Shown here one piece after another: positions 35,901 through 46,019 of a DNA stretch of 64,000 nucleotides. Positions within the stretch are counted from its first letter, which is position 1. Every line of letters begins with the position of its first letter. Made by a program: the position numbers and the translations under genes. The stretch lies in assembly GCA_964234715.1 (NCBI GenBank), contig OZ174275.1, one strand, 5' to 3'. This DNA is from Podarcis melisellensis (lineage: Eukaryota). The notes beneath the pieces were generated by a model. That model was not told where the DNA came from. It did not search any database and was given only the letters and a program-made list of their open reading frames with translations.

Positions 35901-37691
35901 TTATCTCTTCACCACTTGTTGTTCATGAGCACTCAAAACATGTACATCAGGATGATGCCTTCCCATTATCTGCTGTTTTAGAAGCATCATCCTCCACAGT
36001 ATGACATTGACTTTTCAAAGGTAATGTAGTTTCAAGGCTACTTTCCCCCTGAACATTGCAAACAATGCTCCGTAATCAAACCTGAAGCCAGGCAGGTAAG
36101 GAACTGCTTACCATGCAAATTTCAAACAGGTTTTATAAACGCATAAAGTTACTAAGCATCACAATAATTAGGCACTGGCAGGAATAAATGCTTAATCACT
36201 AAGGCTTATAATATTGATGTGGTATAAAATAGCCACTTCTCTTTCCCTCAAAATACTTATGCCTGAATTGTTAAAGGAATACTGTAGATAGAAAAGCTTG
36301 GGAAGCACTAACATTCTAGCCCTTTTATCTCCAAAGATGTTAAAGCTTTGCCTGGTTCCAAATGTATCAGTCCTCACAACTTTTTTGCTTAAGGTTATGG
36401 AAGCAATATCCTCCTACACAGTTTGGTGTTCCAGTACTTAAATTTAGAAATTCAGTGTTCTTCACTACCACTGAATTTCTAAATTTAAGTACTGGAACAC
36501 CAAACTGTGTAGGAGGACACAGACATGCACATCATTGTCACTGTGCACCTCTCAATTCAGTCTTGACCTTACGTAGGAAAGAACCACAAAGGGATTCTAG
36601 TTGTAATTACTTGATCTGTCGGCACGATTGGGGAGTCTGATAAAAGTGTCCATGACAGAACTGGGTAAGAAGGGTGGTGAGATAGCTGCTAGTGGAAAGG
36701 GAACTGGTGTGGGATGCAACCCCTTATCATTTGAACCCAGCACTCTCTATAACCATTGTTACCTTGCTTGTGCTTTTTAAAAAATAGGTACAGTTCAGTA
36801 ATATATTTTTCTAAGACCACTTCTGTTAGCAAACAAATAGGCAGACTTAAAAGTTGCAGGGGTACAGTAAACTCTGGATATGAATAGGATGTGTGCCTAT
36901 AACTACAAATAGGTGTGAGCTGGAAGTGGGGAAATTTGGCTGAAGGAGATGGGGAAACACCACTATTAAAACCACCCTGAATCTCCATTTTTTCCCAATC
37001 TACAGATTCCCCAAAGGTAGGGCGAGTTTTGAAGTGGGGTCCAAATTCACAAACTGCGAGGAACACCAGCAGCACACCCACGTTTTTCTCCTGTTTCCCC
37101 ACTAACAGTTATTCTCTAACAAGGTTTCAAACAACAAAAGAGGAGGTGCAAAGCGGTTCTCCAACGTGTGCAGACAAGGAACTCCATCGTGTGAGATGGG
37201 AAGCGGACAAATGGCAAAAAAACATAGGAGAGGAGGACTAGGCGAGCCTCCAGAAGCGACTTAAGCATATTAATGCATCAGCTTCCATGGGCAATGGGCT
37301 ACCTGAAATGGACTTAAGGCGGCACATGGAGAAGTAGAGGCTAAACCAAATCTAACAAGATAATATACCTCAAAAAAGCCCCACCCCGCAACCCTGGAGA
37401 TTCTCACTGTGCTGAACACAATGGATCTACAGGGCGGCCACCGGGGCATCGTTCTCTCTCCGCCCGTGCAGAGAAGCAGACCGGACCCCTGTAGCCACAC
37501 GCCCGCGAAGTGCACCCTGGGAGTTGTAGTCCCTCTCTCTGGAAAGAGGGGGCGGCTCCCAGCCCCACCTGCTCAGCTGAAGTGAGGGTCCGAACTCCGT
37601 CGTCCTCCAGCCTCTCCCGGCCCGCTTCCGTGCCGCCCCGCCGGTAGCGTCTCCTGTCGGCGACGGGCTGGGTAGAAGCGGCGGCCGCCAT
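17857..37691 (-). CDS. FNTB: Protein farnesyltransferase subunit beta, complete 12-exon CDS (1272 nt, 423 aa)
   Basis: Exon lengths 123,65,73,92,147,84,87,130,133,112,115,111 splice in frame. Prenyltransferase repeats (GGFGGGP, GGEVDVRSAYCA, EAHGGYTFCG, GGFQGRCNKLVDGCYSFW, GGLLDKPGK, DFYHTCY) are present, with Zn ligands D/C (VDGCY) and H (FYH) intact. Confidence 0.99.
20122..20236 (-). CDS. FNTB: FNTB exon 11
   Basis: FRDFYHTCYCLSGLSIAQHFGSGDLLHEVVLGVPENRL, 115 nt. Confidence 0.97.
20421..21135. mobile_element. pogo/Tigger-type MITE with a nested Tc2-type MITE
   Basis: TIR cagcggtaccttggttcc / ggaaccaaggtaccactg with TA TSDs. Confidence 0.88.
20494..20969. mobile_element. Tc2-type MITE inserted at a TA inside the Tigger-like element
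   Basis: TIR ctgtattttccgctctgtaggatgcac / gtgcatcctatagagtgaaaaatacag; TA TSD. Confidence 0.88.
21247..21358 (-). CDS. FNTB: FNTB exon 10
   Basis: DSALSMTHWMFDQEALQEYILLCCQCPAGGLLDKPG, 112 nt. Confidence 0.97.
22211..22469. mobile_element. Tc2-type MITE with internal 31-bp-arm palindrome
   Basis: TIR ccgtatttttcgctctataaga / tcttatagagcaaaaaatacgg; TA TSD; related to 20494-20969. Confidence 0.9.
23209..23341 (-). CDS. FNTB: FNTB exon 9
   Basis: HWVTSRQMRFEGGFQGRCNKLVDGCYSFWQAGLLPLLHRALHAK, 133 nt. Confidence 0.97.
24326..24455 (-). CDS. FNTB: FNTB exon 8
   Basis: CQNWEGGIGGVPGMEAHGGYTFCGLAALVILKSEHVLNLKSLL, 130 nt. Confidence 0.97.
24646..24732 (-). CDS. FNTB: FNTB exon 7
   Basis: SAYCAASVASLTNIITPTLFEGTADWIA, 87 nt. 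Confidence 0.97.
25720..25803 (-). CDS. FNTB: FNTB exon 6
   Basis: EKLLDYLYSLKQPDGSFIMHIGGEVDV, 84 nt. Confidence 0.97.
26680..26826 (-). CDS. FNTB: FNTB exon 5
   Basis: VCQFLSRCQSPSGGFGGGPNQYPHLAPTYAAVNALCIIGTEEAYSVIN, 147 nt. Confidence 0.97.
27918..28228. mobile_element. pogo/Tigger-type MITE, same family as 10587-10941
   Basis: TIR cagtggtgccccgcaagatgaa / ttcatcttgcaaggcaccactg; TA TSD. Confidence 0.9.
29162..29253 (-). CDS. FNTB: FNTB exon 4
   Basis: CLDASRPWLCYWILHSLELLEEPIPESVTS, 92 nt; acceptor is the less common AAG. Confidence 0.97.
29817..29889 (-). CDS. FNTB: FNTB exon 3
   Basis: FVLQREKHFHYLKRGLRQLTDAYE, 73 nt, AG/GT boundaries. Confidence 0.97.
30415..30535. mobile_element. 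hAT-type MITE
   Basis: TIR taaggttgccata / tatggcaacccta; 8-bp TSD gctgtggg/gctgtgcg. Confidence 0.8.
30919..30983 (-). CDS. FNTB: FNTB exon 2
   Basis: ag|TKVEDIVQEVFDAYKTNHHDA|gtaagt, 65 nt. Confidence 0.95.
31530..31690 (+). mobile_element. Degenerate tRNA-derived SINE; related antisense copies at about 51525-51700 and 59625-59780
   Basis: B-box-like gttcaatccctggcatctcc and ttcctatgt tail; boundaries approximate. Confidence 0.5.
32734..32975. mobile_element. pogo/Tigger-type MITE
   Basis: TIR cagtggtacctcag / ccgaggtaccactg; TA TSD. Confidence 0.85.
34028..34239. mobile_element. Non-autonomous Penelope-like retroelement remnant: two inverted pseudo-LTR ends
   Basis: About 78-bp inverted arms (34025-34102 / 34133-34209); 12-bp direct repeat caaatgcattca at 34016-34027 and 34240-34251; contains the minimal hammerhead motif typical of Penelope pLTRs. 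Confidence 0.8.
34084..34121 (-). ncRNA. Minimal type-I hammerhead ribozyme motif
   Basis: Minus strand GUAU-CUGAAGA-A-GUGUGC-AU-GCACAC-GAAA-GC-UC-AUAC: CUGANGA and GAAA cores, stem II, stem I (GUAU/AUAC), UC cleavage site, vestigial stem III. Confidence 0.72.
36409..36517. repeat. Perfect inverted repeat, 49-bp arms, 11-nt spacer
   Basis: 36409-36457 is the exact reverse complement of 36469-36517. Confidence 0.97.
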
Positions 37692-38010
37692 GATCCCACA
37701 GAGCCGCTCAGCCCGCGCGACTGAGGCTGGCAGCCCGAGAGGCAGTGTGCTCAAGCCCGGCTACGGCGGCTCGCTGAAGGCAAGAAAGGTCCGAGCGCGC
37801 TGCTCTATTACTTATATACTGTAGCAGCTTCGCCCAAACGCGCTGGGAAGCGCCGGCGGTAGCGTCGGCAACTCGCTGCCGCCCCCACGTGGCGCCTATT
37901 TTAACCCGCCAGTTTCAGCTCTCATAATGTGCCTCAGATGCGGCAAGCGACTGCTAGGCGCTCTGATCCCAGGCGGGAATCCTCTCTCTCTGACGCAATG
38001 CGCCCTGGGC
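37430..38010 (-). promoter_or_regulatory. FNTB CpG-island promoter and first exon: E-box CCACGTGG (37885-37892), TATA-like TATATAAG (37811-37818, minus), ZNF143-type ACTACAACTCCCAGGGTGCAC (37510-37530, minus), TGACGCAA (37991-37998)
   Basis: Sharp rise in GC and CpG around exon 1; motifs read directly; boundaries approximate. Confidence 0.8.
37569..37691 (-). CDS. FNTB: FNTB exon 1 (coding part)
   Basis: ATG at 37691 in CpG island; MAAAASTQPVADRRRYRRGGTEAGRERLEDDGVRTLTSAEQ|gt. Confidence 0.93.
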
Positions 38011-38582
38011 TGGGGGAAACACGAGAGGGATCCTTCAAACCAGTTTAACTACAGGCACTAGAGCTGTCCATGCGGCATGAAAAGGGAGTTCCCCTCCCTC
38101 TTCACAGACCAGTTTATTTAAAGGGGAAGTGGGTTCCCAAGTTACTTGCCCTGCTTTTTAGCTCGTTTTTGCTTGCGTTAGCGAGTGAGTGAATGAGCTG
38201 AGCAGACAACAGCTCCTGGAAATCTCTAGGCAGGCTGCTTGTTGTAAGGCAATTCTCCCTTTCCAGCGTCGACAGGTGGTGTGTGGGAAGAGTTGCTCTC
38301 CGGTGGCTCCAGATGGAAAACTGAACTCCTACTTACCATGACTGTGCTTTGTTGCCAGTCTCCTTGCCGGTTTGAGAGTGCTGCATTGCTCGCGACTTCA
38401 GTAGGCCTAGGGAACTTGTGGACTCCCAGTTTGTTGCACTCCTGTAATCCCTGACCACTGGCCATGCTGGCTGGGGCTGATGCGAATAGAGGTCTAACAA
38501 CACCTGGAGGGCCACAGGTTACCCCAGCCTTGATGTAGTGGCTTCAAAAATATGCTTTATTATGTTTCCCTTCTCTCACACA

Positions 38583-38586
<4 letters not shown>

Positions 38587-38649
<63 letters not shown>

Positions 38650-38651
38650 AC
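38587..38651. repeat. (CT)n(CA)n compound microsatellite
   Basis: Read directly. Confidence 0.95.
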
Positions 38652-39652
38652 GGACCCAGGTTCTCTTCAGATTTGAGTAATGCTGCAGATATCAGCAGAC
38701 AGTATAATTATTATTATTATTATTAATACCTCACCCATCTGGCAGGGTTTCCCCAGCCACTCTGGCCAGTTCCGTATTAGTTGTGGATCCAGCTAGAGTG
38801 CTAAATAATCCCTTTTCAGGGGTGTACCTAGGCTCATTTTCACCCAGGTCAAAGACGCAGTTAGGCACACACACACCCCACGTGCATTTGCACATCACAA
38901 GCTGGGAGCCTCAATGGTGCCCCTCTGGAGGTTTCACCTGGGGCAAAAAACCTGGCTAGCCCCCCTATAGCTACGGCTCTGCCCTTTTTATGCCTATCTT
39001 GCATTTCCAGTATTTAAAACTAGCTATGATCATTCAAATGTAAGGAGGAGGGGAGATTTTGCTCAACAATTATTGTGCGCTTTGAGAGAAACTGATTAAT
39101 AACAACTGAGGCAGACAAAGGAGTAGGGTTCCAACCTGGGTTCATTGGAGTGGAGCCTAGTGCCATGAGTGGTTCTCTTTCTTCAGGCTAGTTCTTGGTT
39201 TCTTTTTTTGTGTGCCCCCCCATAGGCATTGTGTGTGGGCTGACATTCATCCCTCTCGTTTAAGAAAATCTGCCTCCAATTTTCCTCTCCTGAAACTGAA
39301 GGGACTGAAATCTTTGTATTTCTCAACATCAGCAGGCCAGCTTGTGTGATAGCATTAGTTTTAAAATAGCTGCATTTTCCTTTTTCTATGAACAGGCAAG
39401 CTTTACAACCACAGTGCCCCATCTGCCCTAACGAGCCAGTCTTCATGGGATGCACATAAAGGTCTTCATGTGAGACACCAAATCAAGCTCTCAGTTCAGA
39501 AAACCTGGGAGGAGAACCTACGCAGAAACAAAGAGGTGGAGAAATAAAAAAATTGCTTCAAAATAAGTTTAACCCAGCTTCTCCAAGATTCAGAAGGAAA
39601 CTGCAACTTAGGGTAATGCTTACATGTATCTCATGAAGTGTTCTCTAGTGAC

Positions 39653-39798
39653 CAGTGCTTTTTTCTAAAAAAAATGTTTAGGGGTACTCTCCTTTTCCTA
39701 CTCATATTGAAATACTGCCCCTCAATGAGGCCAAACTTAGATTCACATAATGTTTAGGGGTATGCGTACCCCTGTGTACCCCAAGAAAAAAAGCACTG
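39653..39798. mobile_element. hAT-type MITE
   Basis: TIR cagtgctttttt / aaaaaagcactg; perfect 8-bp TSD ctagtgac (39645-39652, 39799-39806). Confidence 0.9.
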
Positions 39799-41724
39799 CT
39801 AGTGACTATTCCACAAAAGCTTTCTGCAGAACTGTAGTCCAACAGGCAGAGCAAGTAGCTGCAGACATGTGAGAAACTGATTGATGTACAAGGATTTCAA
39901 GGCAGAATAGTAGAAATGGAAAAGCAGGTGGTGCATTTAAATCAACATATTTTCTTCCTCTTTTAATGTTTGAATTAGTGTGTTTTTTAAATATACAACA
40001 CAAACTACTACAACAAAATCCCTAATCCGCCCCTCCCCACATATGACTGATTATTAGAGTGAGAATTATCTTTTCAATTTAACGTATAAGCACAGTCCAG
40101 GAGAATCTTATGGTGCTCCAGTTTGTTCATACAGATGGTGAGGAGTACGCTTAAGATACATTAAATCATGAAGATCATATTTAAATCAACATTTTTGTTT
40201 ATCTTCTACCCAACTAAAAATTGTTTGTCGTTAAATACCTCCAATAAAACGCTGTGTTGAGGATGAAATAGCCATCTTATTTATTAGACACGTGTTGTTT
40301 AAGTGTTGCTGTCTGCATAAAAAGTAGATAGACATTTTAGTCTCCTGTACTTGCTCAAGCCATATTTACAACAAAAATACAAATCAACATTTTAATTTCC
40401 TTTAGATGTGCAAACCTCTACCATGTTGCAATAAACCCAATAGTACAGGAAATTATTCACAGAGACAACAGCTCCCAAAAGAAGCAGGAGCATAATCTAG
40501 AGTTGTAATGAGCTAACTGTCACAGAATGGGACACAGGAAGTTCAATTCAATCAATGGGAAGTGTGTAGTAGTGGTCACAACTGGACCAAATATTCTCTT
40601 GAAAGGCTCAGAGGATAAATCCTTAGACCTGAAATCCAAAAGCATCTTATGTATTGTGGATCTAAATTGCTGAGCAAGTTAAAGGTGTCTATATTTAGGC
40701 TGCTGTCATGAAATTCAAGAAAAACAAAAGAGGTTTTGTTCTGTTTATGAAGCTTTTGCTCCACAGTTCAAAGCAGGGGTGGGAAACATTTTCTGGCTGG
40801 AGGGCCAGATTCTTATCTTCCCACTCCTGAAGGGCCAAATTTGACAGGTGGGTGGGGCCACCTACCTGTCAGTGACCTCTGCACTTGGGAGCAGCAGGGC
40901 AGGAGGAAATTCTAAAAATGATTGGAAAGTGTAGAATAAGGTAAAATAATTTATTTTGAAATCTGTAAGAGATGGTGTTCTATTTTTAGACTGATAACAC
41001 AAACTTTGAGAATATAAATATCCTTAAGCAAGAGCAGAAGGATGGAACAGACCAAGTGCAATAATCTTGCCAAACTCATTGCTTTAACATGGTGAACAAG
41101 AAGCTTAGAAATGCCATGAATGCTGTTCAGTTGAAAGGTATTCACTGTTTAATGTAAAAATGAATGGCGTAACTAACATTCTTGGTATTGAGAGGCTGGG
41201 AGTTAAAATAATATCACCTTCTTTTGACTGACACTGATAGCCTTTGCTGCCCTATGGTAAGTGAATATGAAGTAATTATAGAAATTCCTCTGGCTGAGAT
41301 TATTCAGCAGTTACAGATTTTCTCACCCTGACACAAAGAATGTATCTTCCACATTTATCAGCAATAGTGAAATTCCACGTTTTAAAAAGCTTATGAAATG
41401 TACAGTAGCTTAAAGTAGTGGTAAAAAAGAGCCTAAGTAGCTGTGCAGATTTATTTGTTTATACACAATTGCCTCATTTTAAAATAAAATTAAGAAATAC
41501 CCTCTGCCAGCACCAATGTGTATTGGACAGACATGTTTGTTGTTCACAGCATAACATAAAATTTGACCAACCCGTTTAGCTATTCAGTGTTAAAATAAGA
41601 CGCTTCCTTTCATGCAATCTTTAATGTTGATGTTTTGTTTCATATTGCATGAGAAGCGCATATTACATGAGAGGGATGTTGAATGCAGGTGCAGACTGTA
41701 AGCACGCAGCCAGGTTTGTTATTA

Positions 41725-42084
41725 AAGGTAAAGGTAAAGGGACGGACCCCTGACCATTAGGTCCAGTCGTGACCAACTCTGGGGTTGCGGCGCTCATCTC
41801 GCTTTATTGGCCGAGGGAGCCGGCGTACAGCTTCTGGGTCATGTGGCCAGCATGACTAAGCCACTTCTGGCGAACCAGAGCAGTGCACGGAAACGCCGTT
41901 TACCTTCCCGTTGGAGCGGTATCTATTTATCTACTTACACTTTGACGTGCTTTTGAACCGCTCGGTTGGCAGGAGCAGGGACCAAGCAACGGGAGCTCAC
42001 CCCGTCATGGGGATTCGAACCGCCGACCTTCTGATCGGCAAATCCTAGGCTCTGTGGTTTACCCCACAGCGCCACCCGTGTCCC
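41725..42084 (-). mobile_element. Full-length Sauria SINE
   Basis: tRNA-like head on the minus strand (gggacacgggtggcgctgtgg...ggttcgaatcccc), (ACCTTT)n tail, 13-bp TSD aggtttgttatta (41712-41724, 42087-42099). Confidence 0.92.
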
Positions 42085-42899
42085 TTAGGTTTGTTATTAC
42101 ATGCTTACAAACTGAATGATAGTGTAGAAAGCAAAAAAGTAATCATAATCATTACTACTTTAGTGTTTCTATGCAGGTTTATTTAGCATTTTCATTTAGG
42201 AGCCTTGATGTTCTCTGTTTCTATAGTCTCCATTTCTAGAAGAGGTGACTAAGATGAACCAAGTGTTCTAGATGCGGTGAGCAAAGTGAATAGATTACAT
42301 TCAAGTTTGGTGGCATAATCTGAAATAGACCCATTAATAGTTTTCTCAGAGTGGCTGAAACTTTCCCAGTTATGTAATGTTTGAGATAAAAGTGTGTCCT
42401 TGGCCTGCTAGTCTCCTTAAGCATTACAGGTATTAACTGTCATGCAGCCTCCATCTGCTTTGTTTCCTCCCCGTCAACAATCTGAAACGATTCATTCACA
42501 ATAGAACAGCAATGTAAGGAAGGTGTCGCTTGTTCTCATGGACCTTGTTAGTCACATGGAGCTGATCCTCTGTATATTTTCTGAAGGTCAACTTCAAGGC
42601 AATGTAATATTGCTTGAACTACAGATATAAAAGTCTTCCTGTGTACATTGAGCAGCTCAGAGAACGCTCCTGCTTTTGGCAGAAGTGAGGTCACTGTCAT
42701 AGAGATCTGCCATAGCAACCAACGTGGGTACTGACAGATTCAAAGAAGGAACACTCATGTCAGTCATTAAGGAGCTTAAGATGCAGAAGAGAGATGTATT
42801 TGCACTAGTGAGATCCTAAACATACTTATTCTAAAGTAAGTTCCGTTGTTTGCAATAGGGCTTACTCACAGATACGTGTGCATAGAGTTTTGGCCAATT

Positions 42900-42947
42900 C
42901 AATGACTCCATGCTCATAATTTTCAATGACTCCATGCTCATAATTTT
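42900..42947. repeat. Perfect 24-bp tandem duplication (caatgactccatgctcataatttt x2)
   Basis: Read directly. Confidence 0.95.
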
Positions 42948-43575
42948 GCTGATATTTTTTTTTTATTATTGTTAGATTTTCCACAATTATAACTCCTTAA
43001 GAAATTATATTCTTAAGGAGTAAGCCAGTGCTTGCTTGCTTGAATCATGTAATGCAATGATGTCATTTTGAGTTTGCTTGCCTTTTAATCTGCTTACAAA
43101 TATGTACTGAAAAAGGCGGGCCTTGTTGCCTTGAAGTTGATCTATGACAAACAGAGAAATGTGTTTATCAGGCTATGTATTGTGCAGCCTTGATAAAATA
43201 TTACACCTTTTCTCTGCCTCTGCTCTAGGTCTGTAACTTGTAGATTAGCAGCTCTGATCTTCTGCCTTAGGATGCTGCTTTGGGAGTAACACCATGAGCA
43301 GCTCAGGATGGGAAGAACTTGTCAAGGGGAGAAAATAGGTTGATTATCACACACTTATTCTGAATCCTCTTGAAATCAGCAATCACTCATTGCTGCTAAC
43401 TTCATGCTTGGCTAGCAGAACACATATCTAATGGATTACATATGTAGCAAAACCCTGTTTACTCAGAAGAAAACCCCACTTATTTCAACTGAATTTGGCC
43501 ACAATTCTGTTCACACTTTCTGGGAGTAAACACCACTGAACTCAATGTGACCTACTTTTGTGTAGTCCTGCATAC

Positions 43576-43699
43576 CACATGACCCGGAAAGCTGTCTATC
43601 AAACGCCGGCTTCCTTGGCCTGAAAAGCGAGATGAGCACTGCATCCCATAGTCGCCTTTGACGGGACTTAACCATCCAGGGGTCCTTTGGCTTTACCTG
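43576..43699 (+). mobile_element. 5'-truncated Sauria SINE (3' part)
   Basis: Similar to the reverse complement of 41725-41850 (ccacatgacccggaa...gcgagatgagc...ggggtcc...tttacc). Confidence 0.75.
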
Positions 43700-45509
43700 T
43701 GTTGTAAAGCCTTCCACCCACCCAGACTGTTCATTGCACTTTTCCACATTTTAAGTCATTATCTATTTTTTCTATTGTCACAGTGCCTAACTCTCTCCCC
43801 ATCCCTTGATGTTCTATGCAGTGGTGTCCAAACTATTTTCAAAGCGGGCCAGATTCGATGAAGTGAAGGGCTGTGAGGGCCAACAAAAGGGCCAACCAAA
43901 GTTGTTAACCTTGTTAAACTGCCAGATTAAACCAACTGGCGGGCCAGATTAGGCCCCCAAAATGGACTTTGGACACACCTGTTGTATGGCATATTTCATG
44001 AAGACCCTCAGTGCTTTTAACAGGAAAATAACCACAGGCACAGAGAACAATCAGGAAGCAAAAGAAATAAAATTCAAACAGAATGTTGTCTTAGAATGGG
44101 TTACATTCACCTGCATTGCCTGGGAATTATAATTTACATACACCCCTAGTCAAACAGGCTACAGCACTTTAGCCACATAAAGCAAAGCTTCTTTCTCCTT
44201 TTGTCCTAAGAAGGTAGCATGCATAGAATTAAGATACTGACAAACCAGATCTGTCAGTTCAGGGACCTGGGGCAAACTTAAGAGAAGAAAAGAAGCAAAC
44301 AAAAGCAAAGGTGCAAAACAGGTGACATCAGTTCTAACCAATCTCAGACCTTCCTCTCAAGGTGCTCAATGTACGTAAAATATTTACATTTCCTAAAGCA
44401 TGAAATGTCAGCTAGTTTCCTTGACATTCACAAATTACAGGGTTGGACAGATTTTAAGGCTGCTGTCTTGCTGATCGTAAATCCTGTTGAGATCAATTGG
44501 ATTAAGTTTGAGTAAGTGTGAAATTAAGTTGGATTTCCCATCTCTTCTAGCAAGAGCTTTGGGTAACTGCTTATATAATTGATTGGCCAGTGATTTGGGC
44601 AGGGAAATCAATCGTTCAGGAAGGACACCGTTTAACATTTTACAATCCATAGGCTTTTTAAAAAATGGTTTCTAAATTATACTCTTGGCATAGCAAACTG
44701 CTTATGCTTCATTTTCCCCACTCCATTGCAAGTTACCTTTCATTTAACTGGGTATGTATGTGGTTTATATGCTACTCATTATATAGCACACACATGCACA
44801 CACACGGCAGCCCTGTTTAGGGAAGTTTTTAATGTTGATGTTTTATTGTATTTTTAATATTTTGTTGGAAGCTACCCAGTGGTGTTGGAAGCCACCCAGA
44901 GTGGCTGGGGAAACCCAGCCAGATGGGCAGGGTATGTATGTATGTATGTATGTATGTATGTATAAGTAAATAAATATATCATCATCATCATGGCAAACAC
45001 TCATATTTCCATGGCAATCATATTTTAGAAGCAGGACCTGCAGTGTGGAGAGCTGCTGTTCAGGTTCCAGTCGGCTAGCCATGCACTCTTCCAAAATTTT
45101 CCATTCCATCCACCTGTTTTCCCACCGCACCCCCTAAACAGCTGGCATCCCATAGCCACTGAGAGAGTCCCCCTCCATTACTGCCCTTCCTCCTGAGCTG
45201 AGTCTCCAGTTATGAACACAACCCTAAGGAACTCTGGCTAATCCTCAAATATAACCCTCAATTTCCCACCCTCTCAACTTTTATGTGTGTGTCTTTTAAG
45301 GATGGGGAGTGGATAAAGAATTGACCAAGCAAATATGCCTATAAAATCCTTCTGAGTTCCGGGAACAAGAGAAGTTACAGAGCTCTCTGACCTTAATTTC
45401 ATGCAAACAAGGTGTATCCTGAGCAGATAGCTACAGAGAAATTTGGTCCCTCATTTATCCCTGATACCTGCAAACTGGATTTCTCTTTAGTTACCGTATC
45501 CATAGTGAC

Positions 45510-46009
45510 CAGGGCCGGATTTAGGTCTGATGAGGTCCTAAACCACTGAAGGTAATGGGACCCTTTATATGTCCAGCTGTCCTTTGTCAACAACAAATTG
45601 TCGTTTTTTGTGTGTTGAATATATGCTATATGGTAATTTATAGACCTAATAGGTATCTGAAGCTATTTGCACATAACAAAATATATATTCTATCAAAGTA
45701 GTTGTAGAACTGAAACACAATTAAGAAGTGTATTAATGGTGAAATACAGTTAAGAAGTATGTTAATAGTGGAAATAATTACAGTACCAGTGATATTTTAG
45801 GGAGCAGGCTAGGGGCCCATTACTTACATCATAGGAGCCTACACAACACAAAACACTTGCTGTATGTAGGTTTTATTTTATTTGTTTTTTAATCTTATAT
45901 TTTGGAAATGTACATCCAGGTGTGTTTTTTTCTTTAGTTTTTTTGGGGGGGGCAAGAGAGTGGGGTCCTAAGCTATAACTTGTTTAGCCTAAACGTAAAT
46001 CCGGCACTG
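45510..46009. mobile_element. hAT-type non-autonomous element abutting the RAB15 CpG island
   Basis: TIR cagggccggattta / taaatccggcactg; degenerate 8-bp TSD atagtgac/atggcgat. Confidence 0.75.
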
Positions 46010-46019
46010 ATGGCGATGG

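Noticed and set aside
35730-36050. Possible old LINE (RTE-like) fragment on the minus strand
   Set aside because: Resemblance too weak to support without a database search.
45526-45565. CTGATGAG-GTCC...GGAC resembling a second hammerhead core
   Set aside because: No GAAA follows stem II and no stem I/III; it lies in the subterminal part of a hAT element.
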